NCBI GenBank assembly: GCA_964526765.1
Contig: CAZGMH010000002.1
Span: forward strand, 3,128 to 49,713
Reading direction: 5' to 3'
Source: an uncultured Eubacterium sp.
GTDB taxonomy: Bacteria; Bacillota; Clostridia; Lachnospirales; Lachnospiraceae
DNA: 46,586 nucleotides
Numbering within the stretch: the stretch's first letter is position 1; the number at the start of each line of letters is the position of its first letter. Shown one piece after another: positions 9,271 to 19,384 of the stretch. Under the pieces are notes generated by a model that had not been told where the DNA came from, made no database searches, and worked only from the letters and a program-made list of their open reading frames with translations. The translations under genes were made by a program, and so were the position numbers.

Positions 9271-9757
9271 TTTCTTCTAACTTCTGATTTATCTTCAATA
9301 AGATAAAATACAACAAAATTGCGACAATCATTGTATAGACCAGTTCCGGCAAAATCGTATGAATCAGATAATATCCGAAAGCAAAACGCCTGCGGAACCA
9401 GAACAATACAAAATAAATCACCAGATTACAGAAAAAATCACTGACTGCAATCAGGACAATAGGCAGCTTGACCTCATCCGGGAAAAAGATTCTTTTGAAA
9501 AATCCGTTCACGTATCCGATGTACATGTAAATAAGCGCGTAAAAACCAAGGACGTTTCCAAACATGATATCCATCAAGATACCGCAGAAAAAGCCGACAA
9601 ACAGGCCTTCTTTTTTTCCCCTCATAAACCCAAAGGACGCCGCCACCACAATCAACAGGTTCGGTGAAATAGATGCGATTGACAATGACTGGAAAATTGT
9701 GCATTGTAAAAGGAAGCAGACAATGATAATGACCGCCAGTACAATTTTACGTCTCAT
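9239..9757 (-). CDS. mreD: Rod shape-determining protein MreD
   Basis: 172-aa polytopic membrane protein with PNLL and GFFCGILMD; follows mreC. Confidence 0.92.
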   Translation of the reverse strand: MRRKIVLAVIIIVCFLLQCTIFQSLSIASISPNLLIVVAASFGFMRGKKEGLFVGFFCGILMDIMFGNVLGFYALIYMYIGYVNGFFKRIFFPDEVKLPIVLIAVSDFFCNLVIYFVLFWFRRRFAFGYYLIHTILPELVYTMIVAILLYFILLKINQKLEEIERRSAAKFG

Positions 9758-9760
9758 AGT

Positions 9761-10630
9761 CTACTCCCCCTGTTGTTCGGATGAAATGTCTTTTGTCTGC
9801 ATAATGATAAAGACATCATCCAGATGTTCAAAATCCACAATAGTTGCAATGTGTCCCGACTTTGTCAGATTGTTCGCATCGGTGGTAATATCGGTAATAT
9901 ATCCGATCGGGATGCCCTCAAGAAACATATCGCTGACATTTGATATGACAATTTCATCTCCAACCTGCGCTGCATTGCCGGTATCCCTCATATCTGAAAA
10001 TTCAATCTGATTACTCTCGTTCATAGATTTTAAGCTTCCGCTCACAACACACAGATCAGAGGTGGAAAGATTTTTACCGCTGACATTGCTGTTATCATCA
10101 ATGATCGAACGGACCTTGGCATAATTCGGTCCTGCTTCCGTTATGACGCCCGCCAGTCCTCCGTCTGCAATCACATTCATGCCGGCTTCAACACCGTCCT
10201 TGCTTCCGCGGTCGATCAAAAATGTGGAAAACCAGTTCCCGGCATCTTTGCCGATTACGTTTGCCGCCATTTTTTCGTAATCAGAATATGACTGATCCAT
10301 GTCATATAAGGCTTTCAGATTGTCCAATTCTTCCTGATTCAGCTGTACCTGGCTCAACTCCTCCTGAACCTTTGCAAGCTGCTGGCGCAGATTTTCGTTT
10401 TCTTCCTGCAAATCCTGTTTGAACTGAAAATTTGCTTTCAGATCGGAAAGGAGCGTCCCCACCCGGTTGACTCCCTTCTGCATTGGGACGATGACATATC
10501 CGGCAAACGCTGATGTCCCCTCTGCCGGCACAGACAGCTTTACGCTGCATCCGATAATAACGATACAAAGTATGCTCATGATCAGCAGTACATATTTTGC
10601 CGGAAATCTGTTTTTCTTTTTTCGTTTCAT
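9761..10630 (-). CDS. mreC: Rod shape-determining protein MreC
   Basis: TM helix plus coiled coil, IDRGSKDGV, GLAGVI and GIPIG motifs. Confidence 0.93.
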   Translation of the reverse strand: MKRKKKNRFPAKYVLLIMSILCIVIIGCSVKLSVPAEGTSAFAGYVIVPMQKGVNRVGTLLSDLKANFQFKQDLQEENENLRQQLAKVQEELSQVQLNQEELDNLKALYDMDQSYSDYEKMAANVIGKDAGNWFSTFLIDRGSKDGVEAGMNVIADGGLAGVITEAGPNYAKVRSIIDDNSNVSGKNLSTSDLCVVSGSLKSMNESNQIEFSDMRDTGNAAQVGDEIVISNVSDMFLEGIPIGYITDITTDANNLTKSGHIATIVDFEHLDDVFIIMQTKDISSEQQGE

Positions 10631-10642
10631 AAAATTCCTCTG

Positions 10643-11656
10643 TTATTTGAATACTCTTGTGCGCATGCTGTATGCAAGACGTTTGAATTTGTCGTTGGTA
10701 ACTATCAGGCTTAAACCGCGGACAACGGTTTCGTCCGGGTCCTCACAGGTATTGACATTGATATTTGTGATTTCTGTAAACAGTTTGTCCATATCTTCTA
10801 CTTTTGAACCGCCTCCCGTGAGATAAATTCCGGAATAGATGATATCTTTTGCCAGTTCCGGCGGTGTTTTTTCCAAAATCATCTTAATCGCGTTGCAGAT
10901 AGAATTCAGGTTGTCCTTCATAGCGGCATACACGGTCTGCGCGTCAATTCCCATTTCAATTGGAAGGCCGCTGACCACGTCCAGGCCGACAACGGTGTAC
11001 TTCCCTTCCTTGCCCGGAAGCGCGCTTCCGATATGCTCTTTTAGCTGCATAGCGGTTTTCTGGCCGATGACCAGATTAAAATTTTTCTTAATATATGAAA
11101 TAATGGACTCGTCCAGACGGTTTCCGCCAAAATGCAGCAGATCGCTCAAAACAAGACCTCCCAGGGAGATTACGGAAATCTCCGTCGTGTCGGCGCCGAT
11201 ATCCACAACCATGACGCCGGTCGGTTCATTGACATCCAATCCGAGTCCTACCGCATCGGCAATCGGTTTATCACACAAAAGTACGGATTTTGATTTCATT
11301 CTGCTCTTGTAAAAGAGATCGTAAAACGCTTTCTTCTCCACTTCGGTAATGTCCGTGGGAACTGCCACAATAAATTCGGAACCCCTCACATGCCCCTTTG
11401 CATTTTTCTCCAGCAATTCCTGAACCATCGTCTGCATATTATTGTAATCAGCGATAACGCCGCCTGTGATTGGAAAAGACACCTGAATCATTTCCGGCGC
11501 TTTCTCATACATGGCATAGGCTTCATCCCCATATGCATAAAGCTGGTTTTTATTGATAATTGCAATTGTATTTTTTTCTTTGATGATTTTATTGCTGTGT
11601 TTGCTGAATATTTTTAAATTACAGGTGCCCAGATCGATTCCGTATATGTTGGCCAT
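10643..11656 (-). CDS. mreB: MreB family actin-like protein (divergent)
   Basis: GIDLGT, GVIAD, LEKTPPELAKDI and GIYLTGGG; first gene of mreBCD; several ATPase motifs are altered. Confidence 0.9.
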   Translation of the reverse strand: MANIYGIDLGTCNLKIFSKHSNKIIKEKNTIAIINKNQLYAYGDEAYAMYEKAPEMIQVSFPITGGVIADYNNMQTMVQELLEKNAKGHVRGSEFIVAVPTDITEVEKKAFYDLFYKSRMKSKSVLLCDKPIADAVGLGLDVNEPTGVMVVDIGADTTEISVISLGGLVLSDLLHFGGNRLDESIISYIKKNFNLVIGQKTAMQLKEHIGSALPGKEGKYTVVGLDVVSGLPIEMGIDAQTVYAAMKDNLNSICNAIKMILEKTPPELAKDIIYSGIYLTGGGSKVEDMDKLFTEITNINVNTCEDPDETVVRGLSLIVTNDKFKRLAYSMRTRVFK

Positions 11657-12363
11657 TATTCTCTCCCTTTCTCGAATAGGATGTTTTGCTCACGGAAACT
11701 GAAATATCGGTTATCCCCGATAATGATATGATCCATCAGCAAAACGCCCAGTAATTCGCCGCATCTTTTTATCCTCATAGTTACTTCGATATCTTCACTG
11801 CTTGGTTTTGGGTTACCGCTCGGATGGTTGTGAAGGAGCACGATATACTCCGCACGTGCCGACAGCGCCGTTTTGTACACTTCACCGGGTGAAATCAGGG
11901 CTGCGTTGGAGGTTCCCACTGACAGCACCTCTTCCCCGAGCAGCATATTCTTACTGTCGTACATCGTAAGAAGCAGCACCTCCTTTGGTTCGTGCCGCAT
12001 CCGCTCCATATAATAAGAGGCTATGGTGTCCGGCCGGTTGAGCAGGACTTCCTCGTGCCTGCTCGCCATGGAAATACGCTTTGCCAGTTCCCCGGCGCAT
12101 TTCAGCTGTACTGCTTTTACGATACCAATTCCCCTGATCTTGATCAACTCATCTATCCCAAGATAAATCAGATTCAGCAGACCGTCCGGCCCTGCGTTTA
12201 ATATCCGGTTCGCAAGGTCCACACTTTTTTCACCCTGTATTCCGGTGCGGATGATGACGCTGATCAGTTCGGCGTCCGATAAAGCGGCCGCCCCCTTTGC
12301 CACACACTTCTCATAAGGTCTCTCATAATCCGGTAACTCTTTAATTGTCATTGTTTTCTGCAT
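11656..12363 (-). CDS. radC: RadC family JAB-domain protein
   Basis: ERPYEK, LSDAEL, HNHPSG and DHIIIG motifs. Confidence 0.95.
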   Translation of the reverse strand: MQKTMTIKELPDYERPYEKCVAKGAAALSDAELISVIIRTGIQGEKSVDLANRILNAGPDGLLNLIYLGIDELIKIRGIGIVKAVQLKCAGELAKRISMASRHEEVLLNRPDTIASYYMERMRHEPKEVLLLTMYDSKNMLLGEEVLSVGTSNAALISPGEVYKTALSARAEYIVLLHNHPSGNPKPSSEDIEVTMRIKRCGELLGVLLMDHIIIGDNRYFSFREQNILFEKGRE

Positions 12364-12459
12364 AAATTATCCTGTTCTACTCTCTCTATGCAGGCTTTAT
12401 CATAATAACATAAAACATTTTTTCTGTACACCGAAAAGATATTAACATTTATTAAATTT

Positions 12460-13773
12460 TTATGATTCCGGACGATTGCCGATTTCTGTCAGTCCGGCAT
12501 CCGCAATTTTCTGCAGCGACATTAAAATACCAAGCTTTGCATGGTACCATGTGAGACCGCCCTGAAAGTAGACTGCATAGGGAGGCTTAATCGGGGCGTC
12601 GGCGCTGAGCTCTATGGAGGAACCCTGAACAAAGGCTCCCGCTGCCATAATGACCTTGCTGTCATATCCCGGCATGTCCCAGGGCTCCGGCGACACATAG
12701 GAATCTACCGGCGCTGCAGCCTGGATTCCCTGGCAAAACGCGATTACGCCCTCTGCGCTGCCGAGCGTCACTGCCTGAATGATGTCATGTCTGGATTCCG
12801 TGCTGTCGGGTATTACCGGAAATCCCAGTCTTTCATATATGTTTGCTGCAAAAATCGCTCCCTTTAAAGCGCCGCCCACGACGGCAGGCGCCTGAAACAA
12901 TCCCTGATAGAATGACTGGATAACGCCCAGAGAGGCGCCCACTTCTTTTCCAAGTCCCGGAGAAGTAAGACGGTATGCCGCATTTTCGACACACTCCTTT
13001 TTCCCGACAATATAACCGCCAATCGGAGCCAGACCGCCTCCCGGGTTTTTAATCAGGGAACCGACGATCATATCCGCCCCCACATCCAGCGGTTCTCTTT
13101 CCTCCACAAACTCGCCATAGCAGTTATCCACCATACAGATTACGTCCGGTTTTACCGATTTTACAAAAGCTATCAATTCGCCGATCTGCTCAACGGAAAA
13201 GGAGGGGCGTGTCTGGTATCCCCTGGAACGCTGAATTGTCACAAGCTTTGTCTTTTCGTTGATTGCGTTTCGGATGCCCTCATAGTCAAAATCCCGGTTA
13301 TTCAGTAAATCTACCTGACGGTATGTGATGCCGTACTCTGCCAGGGAACCCCTGGACGGGCGGATGCCGATAACTTCCTCCAGCGTGTCGTAGGGTTTTC
13401 CCACCGGGGACAAAAGCTCATCCCCCGGACGCAGATTGGACATCAGGGCAAGGGCAATGGCATGGGTACCGCAGGTAATCTGCGGGCGAACCAGGGCGGC
13501 CTCGCCATGAAAGCATTCCGCATAAACTTCTTCCAGGGTATCCCTGCCCACATCATTATAGCCATACCCGCTGGATGCCTGAAAGCACTCTGCGCTCACC
13601 TTTCTTTTCTGCATGGCGTGGATAACCTTCATCTGATTATACTCCACGGTTTCATCTATCTTATCAAAACGTTCTTTTAATGTCTGTTCTATTCTAATTC
13701 CGAATTCATATACTTCCTTTGAAATACCCATGTCCAGATATTTCTGCGCAATGATTTCCTTTGTCATATCCAT
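12460..13773 (-). CDS. YnbB-like PLP enzyme (methionine gamma-lyase / aluminium-resistance family)
   Basis: GYGYNDVGRDTLE, CGTHAI, VDNCYGEF, GSLIKNPGGG and GSSIELSADAP; follows miaA. Confidence 0.9.
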   Translation of the reverse strand: MDMTKEIIAQKYLDMGISKEVYEFGIRIEQTLKERFDKIDETVEYNQMKVIHAMQKRKVSAECFQASSGYGYNDVGRDTLEEVYAECFHGEAALVRPQITCGTHAIALALMSNLRPGDELLSPVGKPYDTLEEVIGIRPSRGSLAEYGITYRQVDLLNNRDFDYEGIRNAINEKTKLVTIQRSRGYQTRPSFSVEQIGELIAFVKSVKPDVICMVDNCYGEFVEEREPLDVGADMIVGSLIKNPGGGLAPIGGYIVGKKECVENAAYRLTSPGLGKEVGASLGVIQSFYQGLFQAPAVVGGALKGAIFAANIYERLGFPVIPDSTESRHDIIQAVTLGSAEGVIAFCQGIQAAAPVDSYVSPEPWDMPGYDSKVIMAAGAFVQGSSIELSADAPIKPPYAVYFQGGLTWYHAKLGILMSLQKIADAGLTEIGNRPES

Positions 13774-14717
13774 CCTCCGTCAGTCACATTTTTCAGGATT
13801 GTATTTAAAATTTTTTCTTCATCATAATCAAACTCCGACTTATCAAGCCAGATGACATCCCTCTCCCGGCGAAACCAGGAGAGCTGGCGTTTTGCAAAAT
13901 GCCTTGTATCCCTTTTGAGCATATAAACTGCTTCTTCATAGGAAATACCGCCGTCCAGCCAGGACAGAATTTCCTTATATCCAAGCCCCTGCATGGACAC
14001 CATTCCCTTATGATATCCCTTTTCTCTTAACTGTTTTACTTCCTCCACAAGCCCCGCCTCAAGCATCTGGTCAATTCGAAGTTCAATCCTCTGATACAGG
14101 CGCTCCCGCTCATCCGTCAGTACAAAATATCGGAAATCATAGGGAGATTCCTTTTGGCGTTCCCTCGCATTATGTTCGGAAATAGGGGTTTTCGTCTTTT
14201 CATAAAATTCCAGGGCGCGGATGATGCGTTTTACATTGTTCGCATGAATGATCCCGGCGGATACCGGGTCAACCGCTTTCAGCATATCATGGAGACAGGA
14301 ATTGCCTTTTTCTTTCGCCAAAGACGCATAGCGCTCCCGCAGTGCGGTATCCTCCTCCTGCGCGGTAAAATCAATGTCATACAGCAACGCCTGAATATAA
14401 AATCCGGTTCCCCCGACAACAATCGGGATTCTGCCGCATCCGTAGATTTCTTTCAAAGCCTCTTTTGCCATTGCCTGAAATTTTACCACATGGAATTCCC
14501 CGTCCGGCTCTAATATATCAATCAGATAATGGGGGATTCCCTGCATCTGGGAGGGCATGATTTTTGCGGATCCGATATCCATACCCCTGTAAACCTGCAT
14601 GGAATCGGCGGAAATGATGGAACCGTTTATCTTTTTTGCCAGAGCGATGGAGAGATCTGTTTTCCCCACCGCAGTCGGGCCGGTCAATATCAGTAAAGGT
14701 TTCTTTGCTTCGCTCAT
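13764..14717 (-). CDS. miaA: tRNA dimethylallyltransferase
   Basis: GPTAVGKT, DSMQVY, GGTGFY and FAKRQ; start taken at ATG 14717 (ORF track extends to 14729). Confidence 0.97.
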   Translation of the reverse strand: MSEAKKPLLILTGPTAVGKTDLSIALAKKINGSIISADSMQVYRGMDIGSAKIMPSQMQGIPHYLIDILEPDGEFHVVKFQAMAKEALKEIYGCGRIPIVVGGTGFYIQALLYDIDFTAQEEDTALRERYASLAKEKGNSCLHDMLKAVDPVSAGIIHANNVKRIIRALEFYEKTKTPISEHNARERQKESPYDFRYFVLTDERERLYQRIELRIDQMLEAGLVEEVKQLREKGYHKGMVSMQGLGYKEILSWLDGGISYEEAVYMLKRDTRHFAKRQLSWFRRERDVIWLDKSEFDYDEEKILNTILKNVTDGGWI

Positions 14718-14721
14718 ATCA

Positions 14722-16680
14722 TTACACAATTCTCTTAAACTTCTTTTCTATCTCATATTTTGTCATGGACACGATAACGGGCCGTCCGTGGGGACAGAAA
14801 TACGGGTTATCCAGTGTCAGCAGTTCATCGATCAGATGCTCGATTTCCAGTCTGGATAATTTTTGATTTCCCTTTATGGCAGCCTTGCAGGACATACTGG
14901 CAATTTTTTCCACTACCATATCCGGCGTGTCTTTTTCAGAGACGGCGCCCAAACCGTCAATCAGCTCCAGCAGCAGGCTTTGTCCATTCAGTCCGTACAG
15001 GTTGCCCGGAACTGCGCTGACCGCATATTCTTTTCCGCCAAAATGCTCAATGGAAAATCCCAGTTTTTCAAATTCCGGTAAATATTTCTTTAATAAAACT
15101 TCTTCCTGCATGGTCAGGGAAAGCAGGATAGGCGGACTTACAAGCTGGGAAGTAAACTCCTTTGTCCGGTATGCCGCCATTGTCCGTTCAAATAAAACCT
15201 TTTCATGGGCGGCATGCTGGTCGATCATATAAAACTGCTCCTGAAATTCCACAAGCCAGTACGTATCAAAAAGCTGTCCAATGATGCGGTGGTATGGTTT
15301 TGCCTCCCTGGATAACAGTTTTGTATCTTCACCGGAAAAATCGGCAAGGGTCGTCTGAACCGGTTTTGTCTCCGGGACCGGCGCATGGGGCTTTTCCATT
15401 ACCTTTTCCTTCTCCGGCAGAGGTGTCGGAGCCAGATGTGCCAAAGGCAGATCTTTTGCCGTGTCCCTGCCATATGAAATCTGTTCTCTGACAGCTTCCG
15501 GCTGTACCGGCAGAACAGAATCCGTATGACGGCGCTCATATTTCTTTTCGTAAGGACTGTCCTTTGCGACTGCTTCCCGGATTTTTGCCAGGCGCTTTTC
15601 CTCAAAGGGCTCCGGGATATCCGGTTTTACTTTTTCCTCTTTCTTAATAACAGACGGCTTTTCATCCTTTACGCTTACCTTCGGAATCAGTTCTCTCTGG
15701 CGCAGCGACGTCTGCAGCAGGCTCACAAGCCTCCGGTAAATTTCTTCCCCGTTGGAAAAACGAAGCTCCATTTTGTTTGGATGCACATTGACATCTATCA
15801 GCTTTCCGTCTATGGAAAGGGCAAGCGCCGTAAAAGGATATTTATGCTGCATCAGGAAACCGTGGTAAGCATCCTCGACAGCCTTTGCGATCAGACTGCT
15901 TTTAATGTAGCGTCCATTGATAAAATAACTCTCAAAATTGCGGTTTCCTCTTGAAATGGCCGGTTTCCCGATAAATCCGCTCACGGAAAAATCTTCAAAT
16001 TCCGCGTGAACCTCTAAAAGATTTGCCGCAATGTCCCGCCCGTAAATGTGATATATGATGTCCTTTAACTGGCCGTTTCCCGAAGTATGCAGACGGATTT
16101 GCCCGTTATTGATAAACTTAAAGGAAACGTCGGGATGGGACAGAGCCATCCGCTCCATCAGGTCGCTGATATATCCGGCTTCCGTCTGGGGCGTCTTTAA
16201 AAATTTTCTTCTGGCAGGCGTATTATAAAACAAATTTCTGACAAGGAATGTTGTGCCGTTGGGCGCGCCGATTTCCTCCAGGGAAACTTCCCTGCCGCCC
16301 TCGATCAGATACCGGGTCCCCGTAAATTGTTCCTGTGGTTTTGTGATCAGTTCTACCTGGGCCACTGCGGCAATACTTGAGAGAGCCTCGCCGCGGAACC
16401 CTAAGGAAGATATTGTGGCCAAATCCTCCACGGAACGGATTTTGCTGGTGGAATGGCGGTAAAAAGCAATGGGAATCTGTTCCTTTTCGATGCCGCATCC
16501 GTTATCGGTAATGCGGATGAGGGTGGTTCCCCCATCCTTGATTTCCACCGTGACAGCGGTTGCTTTTGCGTCAATGGCATTTTCCACCAGTTCTTTTACA
16601 ACGGAGGAAGGGCGTTCTACCACTTCCCCGGCTGCAATTTTATCAATGGTCTGTTCATCTAAAATATTAATCTGCGGCAT
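14722..16680 (-). CDS. mutL: DNA mismatch repair endonuclease MutL
   Basis: IAAGEVVERP, GFRGEAL, endonuclease motif DQHAAHE, SCK and CPHGRP. Confidence 0.98.
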   Translation of the reverse strand: MPQINILDEQTIDKIAAGEVVERPSSVVKELVENAIDAKATAVTVEIKDGGTTLIRITDNGCGIEKEQIPIAFYRHSTSKIRSVEDLATISSLGFRGEALSSIAAVAQVELITKPQEQFTGTRYLIEGGREVSLEEIGAPNGTTFLVRNLFYNTPARRKFLKTPQTEAGYISDLMERMALSHPDVSFKFINNGQIRLHTSGNGQLKDIIYHIYGRDIAANLLEVHAEFEDFSVSGFIGKPAISRGNRNFESYFINGRYIKSSLIAKAVEDAYHGFLMQHKYPFTALALSIDGKLIDVNVHPNKMELRFSNGEEIYRRLVSLLQTSLRQRELIPKVSVKDEKPSVIKKEEKVKPDIPEPFEEKRLAKIREAVAKDSPYEKKYERRHTDSVLPVQPEAVREQISYGRDTAKDLPLAHLAPTPLPEKEKVMEKPHAPVPETKPVQTTLADFSGEDTKLLSREAKPYHRIIGQLFDTYWLVEFQEQFYMIDQHAAHEKVLFERTMAAYRTKEFTSQLVSPPILLSLTMQEEVLLKKYLPEFEKLGFSIEHFGGKEYAVSAVPGNLYGLNGQSLLLELIDGLGAVSEKDTPDMVVEKIASMSCKAAIKGNQKLSRLEIEHLIDELLTLDNPYFCPHGRPVIVSMTKYEIEKKFKRIV

Positions 16681-16689
16681 ATGTATCTC

Positions 16690-19368
16690 CTACCAGCGGT
16701 TTTTGATTTTATTCTGCAATTCATACAGTTTGTTCATAGATTCAAAAGGCGTCATATTTGTCAAATCCAATTCCCGAAGCTCCCTGATAATATCATCATC
16801 TTTCACTGTATCAAAGAGGGATATCTGGGTCAAATCCACCTCATCCGGTTTCTTTTTGCGGACTGTCTTTGCCGGAACCGCCGCAACTTCCAGATTCTTT
16901 GCGATATTACTCATATTGGCGCTTTCCAGCTCTTCACAGATCTCTTTTGCCCGTTCGATGACCGCATCCGGCACGCCTGCCAATTTTGCCACCTGGATAC
17001 CGTAACTGCGGTCTGCCCCGCCGGAGACGATTTTTCGCAAAAATACGATATCGTCACCTTTTTCCTTGACGGCAATACAGTAATTATTGACGTTGGAAAG
17101 CTTTCCTTCCAGCTCCGTCAACTCATGGTAGTGGGTTGCAAAGAGGGTCTTTGCCCCCAGAATCTTCGGATTACTGATATACTCTACCACAGCCCAGGCA
17201 ATCGAAAGCCCGTCAATCGTACTTGTACCTCTTCCGATCTCATCGAGAATCAAGAGACTGCTGCTCGTGGCATTTCGCAATATATTGGCAACCTCGTTCA
17301 TTTCCACCATAAAGGTACTCTGTCCCGAGGCAAGGTCATCGGAGGCTCCCACACGGGTAAAAATCCGATCCACAATGCCGACATTGGCGCTTTCCGCCGG
17401 GACAAAGCTTCCGATCTGAGCCATCAGGACGATGAGAGCATTCTGCCGCATATAGGTGGACTTTCCTGCCATATTCGGCCCGGTAATGATGGAAATACGG
17501 TTGTTTTTATTGTCCAGGTAGGTATCGTTGGCAATGAACATATCGTTGTTCATCATTTTTTCCACTACCGGATGCCTGCCGTTTTTGATATTCAAAATTC
17601 CCTTTTCGTTAATCTTCGGACGGGTATATCCGTTCTGGTCCGCCACCACAGCCAGAGACGCAAACACATCAATTCCCGCCACTGCCTTTGCCGTGTGCTG
17701 AATCCGCACTACCTGGTCTGCGATCGAATTGCGTATCCGGCAGAAAATGTCGTATTCGAGGGCGGTCAGTTTATCCTCCGCACCGAGAATCATGTCTTCC
17801 AGTTCCTTTAATTCGGGAGTGATGTACCGCTCCGCGTTGGTCAGCGTTTGTTTTCTTGTATAATAATCCGGCACCATATTCTTATAAGAATTGGTGACTT
17901 CCAGATAATAGCCAAATACTTTGTTGAATTTGATGCGCAGGTTTTTGATTCCGGTTTTTTCCCGCTCCTCCTCCTCAAGTTTGGCAAGCCAGCTTTTCCC
18001 TTCGGTTTTCGCGCTGCGTAGGCGGTCGATTTCCTCATCGTATCCGCTTTTTATCATGCCGCCCTCCCGCACGGATATCGGCGGGTCATCCTCGATGGAC
18101 TGCCCGATCAATTCACAGATATCGGCAAGGGGATCCAAATCTTCATCGATGTTTTTGATCAGGTCGCAGGAAAAATCCTGCATCAGGGCTTTGATTGGCG
18201 GGAGCATCTGAAGGGACGTCTTAAATGCGATCAAATCCCTCGGATTTGCCGTCTGGTATACAACACGGCTGATCAGGCGTTCCAGGTCGTAGATTGGATT
18301 TAAGTATTCCCGCAGTTCTTCGCGGGTAATCATATTTTCATTCATCTGGGCTACGGCATCCAGACGCTTTTCAATCTCTGCCTTTTCAATGAGCGGCTGC
18401 TCAATATAGGAACGGAGCAGCCTCGCTCCCATAGCCGTCTTTGTCTTATCCAGTACCCATAACAGAGAACCGCGTTTTTGTTTTTCCCGCAGGGTTTCCA
18501 CCAGCTCTAAATTTCTTCTGGTGGAACTGTCAATTACCATAAACTTCCCTGTGGAATACGGCTCGATCGTCGACATATGGGAAAGGGATGTTTTTTGTGT
18601 TTCATACAAATATTTCAGCAGTGTTCCCGCGGCAATCACACCGCAGTCATAATCTTCAAGACCCAATCCCTGCAGGTTGGATACATGAAAATGCTCCAAC
18701 AGGGTCTGCTGCGCCAGATCGTCCCCAAAATACCACGCATCCAGCGAAAAGATTGTGATACCCAGGCGGTGTTTTAAATCGTCCAGATCAATACTGCTCA
18801 TGAAAAACGCTTCGTTGCAAATGATCTCCGAGGGCATAAACTTGCTGATTTCATCCAGCAGTTTGCGCTCGGTATCAATTTCGGTGACAAAATAATCACC
18901 GGTGGTTACGTCCGCCACAGAAATGCCAAAGCGGTTATCCACATATACAATACACATGATATAATTGTTTTTTGTCTCATCCAATGCATAGGTATCTAAA
19001 TTTGTTCCCGGCGTCACAATACGGGTTACTTCCCGTTTTACCAGCCCCTTGGCCAGCTTCGGGTCCTCCACCTGCTCACAGATGGCTACTTTATATCCCC
19101 TGGAAACAAGCTTATTGAGATAACCTTCTACCGCATGATAGGGAACTCCGCACATAGGCGCCCGTTCTTCCAGTCCGCAGCTTTTTCCGGTGAGTGTGAT
19201 TTCCAGCTCCTTTGACACCGTGATTGCATCATCAAAAAACATTTCATAGAAATCACCGAGCCGATAAAACAGGATACAGTCTTTATATTCCTGTTTCGTC
19301 TCCATATATTTTTGCATCATGGGTGTTAATTCTTCTGCATTTACTTCCATTTTATCTTCCGGTTCCAA
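16690..19368 (-). CDS. mutS: DNA mismatch repair protein MutS
   Basis: TPMMQKY, GDFYEMF, TGPNMAGKSTYMRQ, STFMVEM, DEIGRGT and SYGIQVA. Confidence 0.98.
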   Translation of the reverse strand: MEPEDKMEVNAEELTPMMQKYMETKQEYKDCILFYRLGDFYEMFFDDAITVSKELEITLTGKSCGLEERAPMCGVPYHAVEGYLNKLVSRGYKVAICEQVEDPKLAKGLVKREVTRIVTPGTNLDTYALDETKNNYIMCIVYVDNRFGISVADVTTGDYFVTEIDTERKLLDEISKFMPSEIICNEAFFMSSIDLDDLKHRLGITIFSLDAWYFGDDLAQQTLLEHFHVSNLQGLGLEDYDCGVIAAGTLLKYLYETQKTSLSHMSTIEPYSTGKFMVIDSSTRRNLELVETLREKQKRGSLLWVLDKTKTAMGARLLRSYIEQPLIEKAEIEKRLDAVAQMNENMITREELREYLNPIYDLERLISRVVYQTANPRDLIAFKTSLQMLPPIKALMQDFSCDLIKNIDEDLDPLADICELIGQSIEDDPPISVREGGMIKSGYDEEIDRLRSAKTEGKSWLAKLEEEEREKTGIKNLRIKFNKVFGYYLEVTNSYKNMVPDYYTRKQTLTNAERYITPELKELEDMILGAEDKLTALEYDIFCRIRNSIADQVVRIQHTAKAVAGIDVFASLAVVADQNGYTRPKINEKGILNIKNGRHPVVEKMMNNDMFIANDTYLDNKNNRISIITGPNMAGKSTYMRQNALIVLMAQIGSFVPAESANVGIVDRIFTRVGASDDLASGQSTFMVEMNEVANILRNATSSSLLILDEIGRGTSTIDGLSIAWAVVEYISNPKILGAKTLFATHYHELTELEGKLSNVNNYCIAVKEKGDDIVFLRKIVSGGADRSYGIQVAKLAGVPDAVIERAKEICEELESANMSNIAKNLEVAAVPAKTVRKKKPDEVDLTQISLFDTVKDDDIIRELRELDLTNMTPFESMNKLYELQNKIKNRW

Positions 19369-19384
19369 CCTTTCTGATGCCGTA

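Noticed and set aside
11656-12363. radC as a mobile-element or anti-defence marker
   Set aside because: It is the full-length chromosomal type in its usual position before mreB.
13764-13773. hfq/hflX absent between miaA and ynbB
   Set aside because: The genes overlap, so the absence is real, but such loss or relocation is unremarkable.
16681-17811. 376-aa plus-strand ORF antisense to mutS
   Set aside because: Shadow ORF opposite a highly conserved gene; no RBS or recognisable motif, and explained by codon bias.
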